From Mytilus trossulus (lineage: Eukaryota), in NCBI RefSeq assembly GCF_036588685.1, contig NC_086376.1, positions 83,369,630 through 83,433,629 on the forward strand: a stretch of 64,000 nucleotides of DNA, read 5' to 3'. How positions within the stretch are numbered: the stretch's first letter is position 1; every line of letters starts with the position of its first letter. A program made the position numbers and the translations under genes. This document shows, one piece after another, positions 50,895-63,711 of the stretch. Below the pieces are notes generated by a model. That model saw only the letters and a list, made by a program, of their open reading frames with translations, did no database searches and was not told where the DNA came from.

Positions 50895-51996
50895 TCAATA
50901 GCGATATCTTCTTCCACCACGCCTAGAACAAGGGAAGACACATTTTTCTAGTGATAGTTGACATTTTTTCCCTGACTGACACCTTCCACATAATTCTGAC
51001 AGGTGCGGCTTTTTCGGTTCAGAATTGTCCTCTTCACACTCGCAATTCACCATTCCGCAACCGGAACAAATAAGAGGTGTTGTTCTGTATGGCCCCATAA
51101 ATTCATCACACTCCATGCACTGTTGTTTATATAGGACCTTGAAGAAAATGTACCATATATATATGTATATATATAACATAGTCATCGGTCGTTTTAGTCT
51201 CTTTCACTCTATCGTATCTTTTTGAAAATATTACAATATATTTTTCGCGCTTAAAGAAAACCCCGTCAATGTTTAAAGTAAAAGAGTTTAAGTCATGCGT
51301 TTCATAACTTGATGCTTTTCTATGTCATAATATTGCAATGTCTGCAATGTACTAGGCTTCGCGATTTTTCAGTAAACGTTAACTTGGAACTGGATCAAAT
51401 AACACTTATTAAGTGTCATTTGATTCAGTTCCAATACACATACTAAGGCAAAGGAAACCCATTGCCATTTCGCCCTACAAAAACAGTTAGTTTTCTGAAA
51501 AACATTGCACTCATCTGTGCTGACAATGTATTACATCCAATAGTAAAATCCGTAATAAGTTTGACTGTGTGTTTTGTACCAATACATGTAAACTCGCCAA
51601 ATCGGGAATACAACGGTTTTATCGAATGTCTCGTGAGAGGAAACTATCTTCGTGTACCAATTGGCAAAACCTGACTTTTGTGATACTTTCAATTTCCTGA
51701 ATATGCATGATATTTTGTCACTGGACGTGATTATGATAAAGCAAACTCAATCACTAAATTATAATCTGTTTAGTAAAAAAAATAAAAAAAATAAGAATGA
51801 TATCCATCTCGGTCAGTTTGCAAACAATCAGTATTTACAACTTTTAGAAATTGAAAGTTATCAATACCTTTAGCGTTCCAGACATTTTCCAGACATATGA
51901 ACTTGTCCACTCATGATCACAACTTCTGCAACAAAAATATCCAAAGCATCTCACTTCTCTTTGTAAACCCTCTCTACGATTATTGCGTCTTCCCAT
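50895..51996 (-). CDS. Stand-alone ZAR1-like (zf-3CxxC) zinc-finger protein, 2 exons, 123 aa
   Basis: Exon 1 (51996-51868) MGRRNNRREGLQREVRCFGYFCCRSCDHEWTSSYVWKMSGTLK, phase-0 GT-AG intron, exon 2 (51137-50895) VLYKQQCMECDEFMGPYRTTPLICSGCGMVNCECEEDNSEPKKPHLSELCGRCQSGKKCQLSLEKCVFPCSRRGGRRYRY*. It aligns motif by motif with the vertebrate ZAR1 C-terminal domain as I recall it (YGYYHCKDCNIRWESAYVW..GTNKVYFKQFCRTC..PYR..CQSC..CSC..PKRPHRQDLCGRC). Confidence 0.85.
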
Positions 51997-52781
51997 CGTA
52001 TTTTGTATTGTTATTTCCAACTTATTTGTATCATTACATCATATATAGAAATGTAAATCTTTATTTAGAACTCTGTCATTGACACGACTTAGTTGGGGAA
52101 AAGAAAGTCCCAGTGTAAATGTATTCTAATCTATTTTTACATTCATCTATTGAATTCTAGTTTCGGTTTTACTATCTAATCAGTATCAAACATATAACTG
52201 GAGAAAACCAATTTTATAATGATATTTCAAACCGATATTTTTACAGATTCGGTTAAATCTGCAAATAACTTACAACTTCTGTGGACCATACTATATATAA
52301 CTTTCTGCGATTATTTTTAACTTCAATCCAATAAAATCCATTTATAACTCGAGGTCGATAACACAGCTAGTGAACGTTTTGTCTGCTCTGAAAGGGTATT
52401 AAGGGCATAACGGCCACCTCCAAATGGTGGCATTACGTCATTCTCTGAAGATTTAATACTAGTATTCGTAAAGTATTAAAATAATTCGAAACTAAAAAAG
52501 AAGATGTGGTATGATTGCGAATAAGACAACTCCCCACAAGAGACAATGACACAGAAATTAACAACTATAGGTCACCGTAAGGCCTTCAACAATGAGCAAA
52601 GCCCCTACCACATAGTTAGCTATAAAAGGCCCCGAAATAACAAATGTAAAACAATTCAGACTGTGCGAGCGGATACCAACCCTTCCCTAATCTGGGACAG
52701 TGGTGTAACAGACTAGTTACAGAACTAAAAAGAAATGCATAAAGTCGATAGAAAGTTTCTGAGAAAAAGCTCTTTTGTTCA

Positions 52782-53416
52782 CTACTTTACTTTATTATTT
52801 TCTATTTCGCTCCTTGTGTTCAGTTAAAGCGGACTTTACTTTATTATTTTCTATTTCGCTTAAAGCGGACTTTACTTTATTATTTTCTATTTCGCTCCAA
52901 GTGTATTCAATTAAAGCGTACTTTACTTAATCATTTTCTATTTCGCTCCTTGTGTTCAGTTAAAGCGTACTTTACTTTTAAATTATTATTTTCTATTTCG
53001 CTCCTTGTGTTCAGTTAAAGCGTACTTTACTTTATTATTTTCTATTTCGCTCCTTGTGTTCAGATAAAGCGTACTTTACTTTATTGTTTTCTATTTCGCT
53101 CCTTGTGTTCAGATAAAGCGTACTTTACTTTATTATTTTCTATTTCGCTCCTTGTGTTCAGTTAAAGTGGACTTGACATTATTATTTTCGTTTTCGCTCC
53201 TTGTGTTCAGTTAAAGCGTACTTTACTTTATAATTTTCTATTTCGCTCCTTGTGTTCAGTTAAAGCGTACTTTACTTTATTATTTTCTATTTCGCTCCTT
53301 GTGTTCAGTTAAAGCGTACTTTACTTTATTATTTTCTATTTCGCTCCTTGTGTTCAGTTAAAGCGTACTTTACTACATTTTTTTCTATTTCGCTCCTTGT
53401 CTTCAGTTAAACCGTA
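52782..53416. repeat. About 49-bp minisatellite, about 13 copies
   Basis: Unit ctttactttattattttctatttcgctccttgtgttcagttaaagcgta. Confidence 0.95.
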
Positions 53417-55387
53417 TTGCACTCAATCCGGAATATTATTTGGCCTACGCATACGCTCTTTCCAACTAATTTATCTATTGACATCACATATCTTGCTATA
53501 TCTGCTAGCTATGCCCGTACTCGTCTTAATATTTATATAGTCTTTATGTATTTTTAAATGAGATTGTAGAGCAAAATGTTTCAACCTTCTTTGTTCGTAT
53601 TCATATGTAATTTGTCGATTTAACCGAGCATCTGTTGCCCTCAAGGAGTAAATGTAATGTTTCGGCATCAGTCGGGAGGATCTAGAAATTTTCCGTCCGC
53701 TGTTGGTGAACGAATCAACGGAGTGTTTTTTTTCAAATTGAAAAGAAAATTGAGACATGAAAAAGCGTTGAAAATTTTACATAATCACAGTCATGAATCA
53801 ACATTTTTTTTTTAACGTTTGAACTTTTTTGAAAAAAATATGAATCCTTATGATGACTATAACGCTAATTCATTGAACTATGGAACCTCCTGTTTAAGTG
53901 TTTGCCCAAAGTTGTAGAATAGAACGGACGAGTTTATTTGTTCAAAAATCCAGGAACCAAGAAAAAGAAGAATAAGAGGATACCGTACATCGCATGTAAA
54001 ATGGGAACAACCCCATAAAAAAGCCGGAGTCGAGCAAATCATGTTATAAGCCACGTGGCCCGATAAACAGGTTTTAAGTTTATCAAAATTACAACTGAAC
54101 TAACGATGTCAATGTACGGTTTAGAAAAGAGGTGGAAGATCAAAAGGAGGGTCCAAAACTGTTTGTTACTTAGAACCGTCAAAATAGTTTTAAAATAATG
54201 ATAATCGACAACAACAAAAATCAAAATGTACAAATCACAATATAATTACTACTCAACTACACAAACCTCATCAAAAACCGAGGGTGATTTGAGATTCTCT
54301 GAAAGGGTAGCAATGAGATTGAGCTCAAAAAGTAACACGGCTATGTACGGTAAATATGCATGTAAGCTTTTTAAGTCAATTATAAATAACGTATTCCGAA
54401 ATAGGTAGAAAGCTAGCTAACCAAAGCGGTTGCATTTACCTAAACACTCAAGGCAAGCAGCTGTAACACGGTTATGTAGGGTAAAATATATGTCGATAAA
54501 CAACGTACACGAAAAACATCTCTAGTGCTCAGAAAGGTTTATCAACAATGTATCTCACAATTGTAAAAGAGTCTTTAGAAATTGTAATAAAAGATTATAT
54601 TCTTAAAATTACCTCAATTCAAAATCATTTCAATGAAAGATGATTGTTAAAAAAAATTGTTTTTGAATGGGTCCATCGCGTGTAATACGTTAATAAGATT
54701 AGTATTTAAGGAAAAGAAAGAAAAAAATGTCTTTATTAGGCTACATTATATACTGCATTATAAATGAAAAGTAGAGTTACCTTTATTTAAAATCCGGTTC
54801 AGTTTGATTTTAAAAATCAACATTAGCTCTGAGGAATTGTATATTTTTAGATTTCTTGCAACCTATCAAAATTTAAAGCTTTTTTAAGAGTGTCACCTTT
54901 TTAGAAATGGTCGATTCGTACATGGCAAAACTGAGAAGTTCATAAAAAGAAACAAAAGGTATGTTGAAAGATAAGTTTATATTACGAACGTGTTAGTTAA
55001 GTTTGAATAGCTGTTTTGTTTTGTTTAAACTATCAGATTGCAAGTTAAATACAAATAGATAATTCAAATCTATTTAAAGTTAAACTTGTTATGGCGACAG
55101 GATACACTTTAAATTCTATATTCAAAATATAATATTCTTATTAAAGGATTGATAGATTTTTTGTTTAGTTTTCATTTAATTTCGTGTTATTGTCTGAATG
55201 TAATAAATGAATAAGAAGCAATTTCATAGTAATTCATTACTGTCTCTTACTTTTGAAATACGAGATATAATTAATCTGGTATTGTTTTAAAATAATCACC
55301 TTTAGAAGGAAAGCCGAATTAGATTTCTTTCGTACGACACGCTTCGAGTTATATATAACTGTTTTTTTCTTCTTACAAGATTAAAAA

Positions 55388-56533
55388 ATGTCGAAGGCTA
55401 AAGTTTTCGTTGATGGAAAAATAGCTGGGAAGAAGGTAGTTGTCTTTTCAAAATCCTACTGTCCTTACTGTAAAAAGGCAAAAGCTACGTTGAAGAAATA
55501 TATTGGTGAGGATGAAAAAGACATCATTGAAATCGACAACGATCCTGACTGTGACGCAATCCAACAGTATCTTGGAAAGTTAACAGGAGCAAAATCGGTC
55601 AGTTAATATTTAAAATGTAAACTAGTTCATGCATGTAGTTGTTATTTTCTATCTTTTAATATGTAAAAAAAAAAGAAATATTTCTTAATTCGGATGTGAA
55701 AAAAACATAGTTATAAACGAAATGCCATATTCAAATTTCAGCAAAGACATTCAAAACTTATCCTTTTTTAAGATTGCAAATTTCATACTGACATCTACCA
55801 GTACAACAAAAATAATGTGTTTGGGTTGTTCAGTCTAACATACAAAAAAATACATTCTTATAAAAATAAGAGGTTGTGGTATGATTGCCAATGAGACAAC
55901 TCTCAACAAGAAACCAAATGACACAAAATTTTCAACACAGTACAGCCTTCAATAATGAACAAAGCCCATATCGCATAGGCAGCTATAAAAGGCCCAAAAT
56001 GCTGTTCCTGCTTTATTGATGACAACTGACAACTTAAAAAAAATAATAGAACGCTGTCCCTTTCTTTGTCATCTAAGTTACAAACTATCGGTGTCATAAT
56101 AGTCCCAAAATCTTCCGATCTTCAAATCTATTATTAAAAACCCAACACACCCATTTATCAGGAGATCATGATCGGAAATGAAAAATCTGATAGTATTAGT
56201 ATCAACTAATATTTGTTTAGAAGTCGCAAATTTTCACTGAATTTCTTGCATATAAATTTCAAAATTTCTGTTATGCCATTATGCGTATTAACAGAATACC
56301 TAAACATATTTTATGGATTTAAGCGTTCGAGATGCAGGTAACAGCTTGGACAAACCAAGGTTAATAAAGTGTTATTTTTGTACGCCATTTTCATTTTTTA
56401 TAGAAATATAATAATTGTGCTGATTATGCTATTTTAGGTTCCCAGAATATTTGTCAATGGTAAAAGCATTGGTGGCAATGATCAACTTGAAGAGTTGGAA
56501 CGGAAAAAGGAGCTGGCAGTGATGCTTAAATGA
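55388..56533 (+). CDS. GLRX: Dithiol glutaredoxin (CPYC), copy 1, 2 exons, 101 aa
   Basis: Exon 1 55388-55597 (VVVFSKSYCPYCKKAK..LTGAKS) and exon 2 56438-56533 (VPRIFVNGKSIGGNDQL..MLK*), phase-0 GT-AG intron. Confidence 0.93.
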
Positions 56534-56564
56534 AATATTGATCATCGCTCCTATTAGGACTACT

Positions 56565-56738
56565 AATACAAATACAAATACAAATACAAAGTTTTTTATT
56601 GTCAATTATGACGCCCAATAATTTGAGCAGTACAATTAAGTTCAATTTCATACAAGTGATTACATATTGATTACATTGATTATTTAACAATTAAACAAAG
56701 TCAAGTTTTTTTCACCCAAATAATATCTGCAAAATAGA

Positions 56739-56773
<35 letters not shown>

Positions 56774-57240
56774 TTACAATATAATATAGATCGACAAACT
56801 ACCGGTGACTAAACTGTATCTAGAATTAATTTTCTCTCTTTGAATAAAGTACACAATAATAAACTTACTTTTTTAATTATAACATTATCCTCAGATGACA
56901 TTAACCATATTAATTTTGATTTATTTGGGAGGCTTTTAAAGTTTTTGTTAACCTTATTTAAGTAATCTATATATTCAGATCTTTTATTTTCTAAAACAGG
57001 ACACTGAAGAAGAAAATGAATTTCATCTTCAACTTCAGTGTTACATAATTTACATATTCTATCCTCCACTCGAAGCCCCACATATCTGCCTCTTTCAATT
57101 TCTAATTTATGTGCACTGACTCTAAACTTAGTGAGCAGTCGCCTTTCATCCTCATTTAAAATTAATAAGTATTTTTCCATATAAATATTTTCTTTAAATA
57201 ATCTGTAAGTTCTTAGTTTATTTCCATGCTGTTTATTTTT
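56565..57240 (-). mobile_element. 5'-truncated LINE (C-terminal zinc-knuckle end, 3' UTR, (TTTGTA)n tail) just downstream of the glutaredoxin-1 stop
   Basis: NKLRTY..FRVSAHKLEIERGRY..RICKLC..EDEIHFLLQC is homologous to the C-terminus of the LINE at 399-1706. Minus-strand AATAAA is followed by (TTTGTA)4 at about 56565-56600. Confidence 0.85.
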
Positions 57241-57375
57241 TTGCAACAGAGACGTAAATGGCACGTTGACAAAGACGATATCAAAGTTGGTGATGTAATT
57301 CTTATGAGAGACAAATCTATTTACCGAGGAGAGTGGCCACTAGGCATTGTGGAGGAAGTTCCGGATCTGATGATA
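57241..57375 (+). mobile_element. BEL/Pao LTR-retrotransposon fragment (DUF5641-like C-terminal domain)
   Basis: The + frame from 57241 reads LQQRRKWHVDKDDIKVGDVILMRDKSIYRGEWPLGIVEEV, then a frameshifted (P)GSD. This matches the LQxRxKW..VGDxVL..WPLGxVxEVxPGxDG pattern that follows BEL/Pao integrases. Confidence 0.75.
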
Positions 57376-58615
57376 TCTGTGCAATGGGTCTTGCGTTAAT
57401 AATAGCGGTCACTTCAGCTAAGAATGTTGTTAAACTTTCATGAGTCAAACTTTTACTACTAGAAGCATGATCATGTCTAATAGATACCATGATCATGTCT
57501 AATAGATGTTCAAGTTTTATTTTGATAAAATTTATATTTCATTTCATTTTTCCAAATTAAAATCATTTTACCTCATGTTAACACTTAGGTCGAATTTTTT
57601 TTCGTTTGTCATAGTTCATGTGTTCATTCAATATTCCTGTTATGCCGACCTGTTTATGTTAATATAAACGATTGCTTGGCAGTGGATTGATTACGATTCC
57701 GAGACAGAACGTAGCGTGTCGCAGATATATTAACAGGTCCGTGAGAAATCTCCGACTAGATCATAGTGTATTTTATTTTACGATTAATATTTCAGACACA
57801 ACAATATTTCTGACACATTAATGACAAACACGACTAATTCATCATTCCTATTGTCTACTTCGAAAAAAATCCCATTTCTCAGCAGTTTGCATACTCTCCA
57901 GTAGCGGATCCAGAAGTGGGATCCGAGGGTTGGGACCGCTTTTTATTAACGATCAATGCATTTCACTCGGGACATATAGTTGGAACCCTCTTTTATCCTG
58001 GGTTTGGGAACCCCCTTTTTGAAAAATTACAAATACAGCTGATTTTTAAAGCCGGACATTCAAGAATTGTTGTCTTAATCGCAATTAATTGTTTACATTT
58101 TCCCCCATCCAAATCGTTTAAAAATAATTTCATGATATAAAAGATAACAGGATTGAAATTTAGTATTTGCGCTAAATGCGCGTTTTCTACAAAAGACTCA
58201 TCAAAGACGCTCGAATAAAAAAAAAGTTAAAAAGGCCAAATCAAGTACGAAGTTGGAAGAGTATTGAGGACCAAAATTTCCTAAACGTTTTATCAAATCT
58301 TCGGACTTAATTAACTGGGATGAGTTCCTAACACACAAACTGTTCAGACACCACATTAGGTTTACGGTCACCTACACAAAATTGATATTGGTGATCGACA
58401 TGACGTGTTTGTTCTAGTGACATGTTTTCGTGGTCAAAGATATTTATTTGCCTCCTGAATCGTTATATAGGTTGTTAATCGATTGTGTCTTATTCTTGAT
58501 TGTGGCATTTTGACTAAGAAAGGATTTGCAGTGTGCGGTACATGCATAGCAGGCGACGATTATTAAGTCGACGAAATTTGGCTGGCTCATTTTGGAGTTC
58601 ATGCGATTCTCTCAC

Positions 58616-58899
58616 TTTTAGCTCACAGGGTTATTGCACTTGAAGAACATGTACCTTTTGACATTTTGTCTCAAATCTTAAAAACTACAATAGCTAGGAA
58701 GATAGAAACTTTAAACAGCAAAACAAGGTTCTAATAAGGTCAAATTATTCCGAAAACATAGGAGTGACTCCCATTAAAAGCTCTTTTGTTTTAGGGCAAA
58801 AATTAAATAAAATGAGTGAAAAACTGTAAACAAAATTATACTGTTGTAAATGCAAAAAAATAAACGCAGATGAACGTCACAGATCTAGAGCCTCTAGTT
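58616..58899 (+). mobile_element. Short degenerate HINE-like element
   Basis: TTTTAGCTCACAGG start and GATGAACGTCACAGATCTAGAGCCTCTAGTT end. Confidence 0.55.
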
Positions 58900-60805
58900 T
58901 ATTTTTTTCTTGAAAAGTATTTTCCTACTGGGTTTAGAATTGAGCGAAAGAAAATTAAATCAAAAGGCAAAATCAAATGTCCAAACACATCAAACGAATG
59001 GATAACAACTGTCATATTCCTGAATTGGTACAGGCATTTTCTAATGTAGAAAATGGTGGATTGAACCTGGTTTTATATCTAGCTAAACCTCTCACTTGTA
59101 TGACAGTTGCGTCAAATTCTATTACATTGTCAACGATGTATGAACAAAACAAACATACTCAAAGAATAAAAATGTCAAAAATAGGGGCACAACAGTCAAT
59201 ATTGTGTTATCATCTTAATATCACTATAAAAACAACAAATGAAACGAAGAAGCACAAAAAGGCATACATCAAATTTAACATACTCATAAAATATAGAACA
59301 TTTATCGTAATGAGAAAACAACAAGTCTTGCTTACCGGTTTACCGGTTGTTGTCGTCAAAATGTTATGTATAACAATAAATTCGTGATTTTAATGCAATA
59401 ATTAATATTCATATGCATTATGTTTCCATGAATTGGGACATGCACATATAATAAAAAACAAACAGTTACAGTGTGTTTTTTCTCTTGCTCTTGTTATCAG
59501 TTTTTCATTCTTAGTACTGGATTCGGGGGTGGGAGTGAGAGGGTAACTCACTTTGGGTAAACCTTTTCTTTTTTTACCTGTTTAACCTGTCACGCCACAT
59601 TTTTGCACCTGTCCCAAGTCAGCAGCCTCTGATCTTTGTTAGTCGTTTGATTTAAGTTCAGTTATATGTTTTGGGGTTTGGTATGAAGTTCGTTTTCACT
59701 GAGCTACTAGTAGACTAGTCCATGTTTTTATTTAGGAGCCAGCTGAGGCCCATCACCGGGTGCTGGGTTTTGCTCGCTGCGTTGAAGACCGGTGTAGGTG
59801 GACTTCGGCTGTTACCTGCTCCTTCGTCGGGCTGTTGTGTCTTCACGGAGGAGTTCCTGGATTTTCAAATCTCTTCCAGCCGCACATTAAATTGCGCTAT
59901 GGTACTCACTCAAGCCATCATATTTATATCAGCCGGAAGGTTACGATTCAGAATTATGTCTAGTGTTAGGTTTATGATTCATGGTTATTATTATATTTGT
60001 TTCAGGACGTGCGGTTCATATTTTGTTGTGTGCTTCATTTTTTAAGCTAATCCGTTCTATCTAATTTGTTGAGTTTGGTGTTTCCAAAATAAAATATGTG
60101 TCAAAATTTTGTTTACGACATTTGCCACCAGAGACAATGATAATGCAACAGTATCACAGGTTCTTGTCTGGGGTTTGTTTTTATATATATATATATATAT
60201 ACCTTACTGATATTAAGGTATATAAGATTTTTTTTCTGAGACAAGTGCCCGTGAACGGTATACAAAATTTAAACACTGTACATATGCCACTGTAAAAGAT
60301 TTACTCATATGGCAATCTAAATGGTAGAATTAAGATGTTGTTACAAACATGGTTTTTGCCGCTTTCCATGGAGAACTGAACAAATCATGATTGTTTCGTG
60401 AAAGAAAAAGCTATTAAATGAAAGGATGTGTGGTACCAATGTAGCTTGTCGACCATTTGATATTCCGGATGGGGGGATTGGGTTTTGTTTGTGGTTTGAC
60501 TACTATTTTTTCCCCAGCAGATTTTTTAAAATTCCAGCTCTAATTACCAGGCCAGGCTCATGATTCAGATGATCTGACCAAGGATTTGTATAGTTAGACT
60601 ATACAAATCCTTGATCTGATCATTCATTTTTATCACTATAGGTCATTAGAACTGAAGAAAGACCAATAGCTGTTATTATTGGTTAGTTTTTCTTATATTT
60701 TGTTTTGTGTCTGTATCGCTAATAACCCCAAAAAAGTTTGGTTAGTTTTTCAATAAAAAAATATTTTAAAAAAATCCCCGGACAGTACCCCAATTAAAGC
60801 GTCCG

Positions 60806-60814
60806 GCTGAGTCA
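60806..60814 (-). promoter_or_regulatory. Antioxidant response element (Nrf2/AP-1 site) upstream of glutaredoxin copy 2
   Basis: GCTGAGTCA on + is TGACTCAGC on -, a perfect TGACnnnGC site with an AP-1 core, about 92 bp upstream of the ATG at 60906. Confidence 0.5.
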
Positions 60815-60905
60815 GAATATTGATTTCATGCTTCGCTTGGTAACACCTGAGTATTTTTCTGAGAACTAGCATCCTCATTTCCAAGTTATACTTCTTGAAT
60901 AAGAA

Positions 60906-62170
60906 ATGTCTAAGGTAAAGACCATGATTGATGCCAAGATTGGTGGAAAGAAAGTGGTTGTCTTTTCCAAAACTTACTGTCCTTATTGTACCAAGGCAAA
61001 AAAGGTTTTAAGAAATCACTATGGAAAGGATTTAAACGAAGCTGATGTCGATATTATGGAAATAGAAAATGATCCAGATTGTGACGCAATCCAAGATTAT
61101 CTAAAAACATTGACAGGAGGGCGATCTGTAAGTTAAATAATTGACAGTCATCATGTTCATAATTTGTAATTCATTAATACATAACCAGAAAAATCCATAT
61201 ACAACGGAAGTCCTATATTGTGAACTTTTTATTGTACCGGTTAATAGTCGATAATAATAATCTAACCAAAATTAACAACCTTCCACCATTTAGCCTTTCA
61301 GCCTTGGAAAGCTTTTGGTCGAAAATTATGAAATATAGATAAGTAAACACGTGTCCACAACGTTGTTGAATTTTTATTGCAGTAAAGTGTTCATTTTAAT
61401 TAGGTCACCACAAATATTTCCTACATCCTTCTATAAACATAATAATACGTCCTTGTATATATGTATAAATATAATTATATTGCTAATTCATTTAGATGCA
61501 TTAAAGGGAGATTGATGTGTGGTATGCATCAAGAAAAAAAATTACTGCGATTTTGTTTTTATACTTATCTGAGCATGCTGTTAAAAAAAAGAGGGTCTCA
61601 CTGGTGTGAAAGCGTGACAAGGGATTGCAGATTTTTTTGTAAGCTTGACACATGAAAGTAAAATTATTGTCTAGCGAGACATGGGAATTACAAAATAATG
61701 AGAATTGCCTACGTACATAGTGTAAGCGGGATTTGGGATCAGAACCCCCCAATGAGACAGTACAGGGTTTGAAATTAGCAGGGGCCTACTCGTCAATGGC
61801 CCCTAAAATTTGGTGTGGGCTCCTAAAGTTTCTGCTTTTCTTGTATAGAACTTATATATTGGTTATAGAATCTAAGATGTGGGCTACCATTGCCAAAGCC
61901 TTAACTTCAATCCCTGAGACCCACAAGAAATGCTACCGATTTTATGAATCAATCTATTTATAATTATAAAAACTATGAGTGGTTTTCATTTTTACAGGCC
62001 AATGATTTGCCAAATCAGTCCTTGTGATAACTCAAACATTGAAATTGTAATGCATGTAATTTTTATCTTTCCAGGTTCCTAGAGTTTTTATTAATGGAAA
62101 ATGCATTGGTGGTGGAGATGAAACCCAAGCTTTGGAACAGTCAGGAAAACTATCTGGGCTTCTGCAATAA
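60906..62170 (+). CDS. GLRX: Dithiol glutaredoxin (CPYC), copy 2, 2 exons, 105 aa
   Basis: Exon 1 60906-61127 (VVVFSKTYCPYCTKAK..LTGGRS) and exon 2 62075-62170 (VPRVFINGKCIGGGDET..LLQ*). Same intron position as copy 1. Confidence 0.95.
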
Positions 62171-62999
62171 CATTTATATACATGTATACATCATATAAAA
62201 TTGAAGCATCTCAACAAAATCCGAAAATAGTGAATGACTTGACTATTATGCATCTTATCCTCATCAGGATTTGTTAATCTAAAGTCAAATTAAACTTCTT
62301 GTCCTCAGCATTGTCTATCCAATGTGTTCATCTGTATGACTATACATTTCCTAGGGTATTGTTGCTTTCAATTCGTCTTTCACTTTTACTCACCTTCAGT
62401 GTGATTTATATTGACTATTTAGCCTTTTCGTGCTGTTTATGATGTTTATATAATAAAATTACAACAGTTACTATAAATGAATCTTCTGTGTTTTCATTGT
62501 TGTGTATTAAATGCATATTCACTGTATACATGGTAATCCACCATCTTGGTTTGTACAATAGCAGTACACCATAGGAATAGTTCTTTGCCAATATGTGCAA
62601 ATTTTGAGATAGATCTGCAAATCATGTGTAAGACTGTTTAATTGTTTAAAGAAAATTAAGTGATTTATTATATTATTTAAAATGAGAAAACAAATAACAA
62701 ATATTTCTGTTTTTTAGAATAAATTTTTCGACTTGGCCACTTAAGGGGAGATAAGCCTTATACATGTAGTAAAAATTTTCATATTTTACATGTTGCAAGA
62801 AACATTTCTATGACATTATGTTTTGTCTCATTGTTCTGCCTAAAAGCTGAAAATCTATAAAAGGCAGATAGAAACTTAAATTAACAAAAATAATCAGCAG
62901 GACAAAGCAAGTTCTGCAAATAAACAAAAGAGCCAATATCTTCAGTCGACTGATTATAGAATATCCTGTTCTTTGACCATTTTAAGCAATATATATCAG

Positions 63000-63711
63000 T
63001 TAAACATAGGACCCTATGGGAAATGCATACAAATGACTTCTTCTAGAGAACCACTGAATGGAATGAAACCAAACATGGCATGAATGAACCTTATAATGTG
63101 TTGACCAAGTGTTGTTACTTTGTAGCTGATCCATCATCCAAGATGGCCGTTAGTGGGGAACTTAGACTTACATTGGACCCTATGGGAAATTCTTACAAAT
63201 GACTTCTTTTAGAGAGCCACTGAATGGTGAGAACCAAACCTAGTATGAATGTGCCTTATTAGGTGCTGAGCAAGTGGTGTAACTTTGTAGCCAATCCATC
63301 ATCCAAGAAGGCCGCCAGCTGGGGACTAAGTTTTAAATAGAACTGTAAGGGAAATATATACAAATGTCTTCTTTTAGAGAACAACTGAATGGAATGAAAC
63401 TAAACATAGCATGAATGTTTCTAATGATATGCTGACCAAGTGTTGTTACTTTATCGCCAATCCAACTTCCAAGATGGATGCCAGTGGGGGACTAATTTTA
63501 ACATAGGACCCCATGGGAAATACATACACATTTCTTCTTTTAGAGAACCACTGAATTGAATGAAACCAAACATAGCATAAATGTTCCTTTCCTATTAATG
63601 AGGTTCTGGCCAAGTGTTGTTACTTTGTAGCCAAATTTTATCTTTTTTATATGAATTCAAAAACCCAGGTAGATTCAGGTGAGCGATACAGGCTCCTAAG
63701 AGCCTCTAGTT
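63000..63711 (+). mobile_element. 3' part of a HINE-like element carrying about 4 tandem units of about 166 bp
   Basis: Units beginning (a)taggaccctatgggaaat near 63007, 63174, 63338 and 63503. The end is CAGGTGAGCGATACAGGCTC..GAGCCTCTAGTT. Confidence 0.8.

Noticed and set aside
52782-53416. Possible CRISPR-like array (also 38340-38760 and 45240-45745)
   Set aside because: The units are contiguous with no unique spacers, the context is eukaryotic, and there are no cas genes.
58977-60045. ORFs 58977-59387 and 59722-60045
   Set aside because: Composed of common interspersed repeat fragments also seen near 42190-42300, 33496-33572 and 36580-36712.
61763-61915. CAGGG..CCCTG small TIR element in the glutaredoxin-2 intron
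   Set aside because: The TIR match is weak and I found no TSD, so it is not listed as a supported feature.
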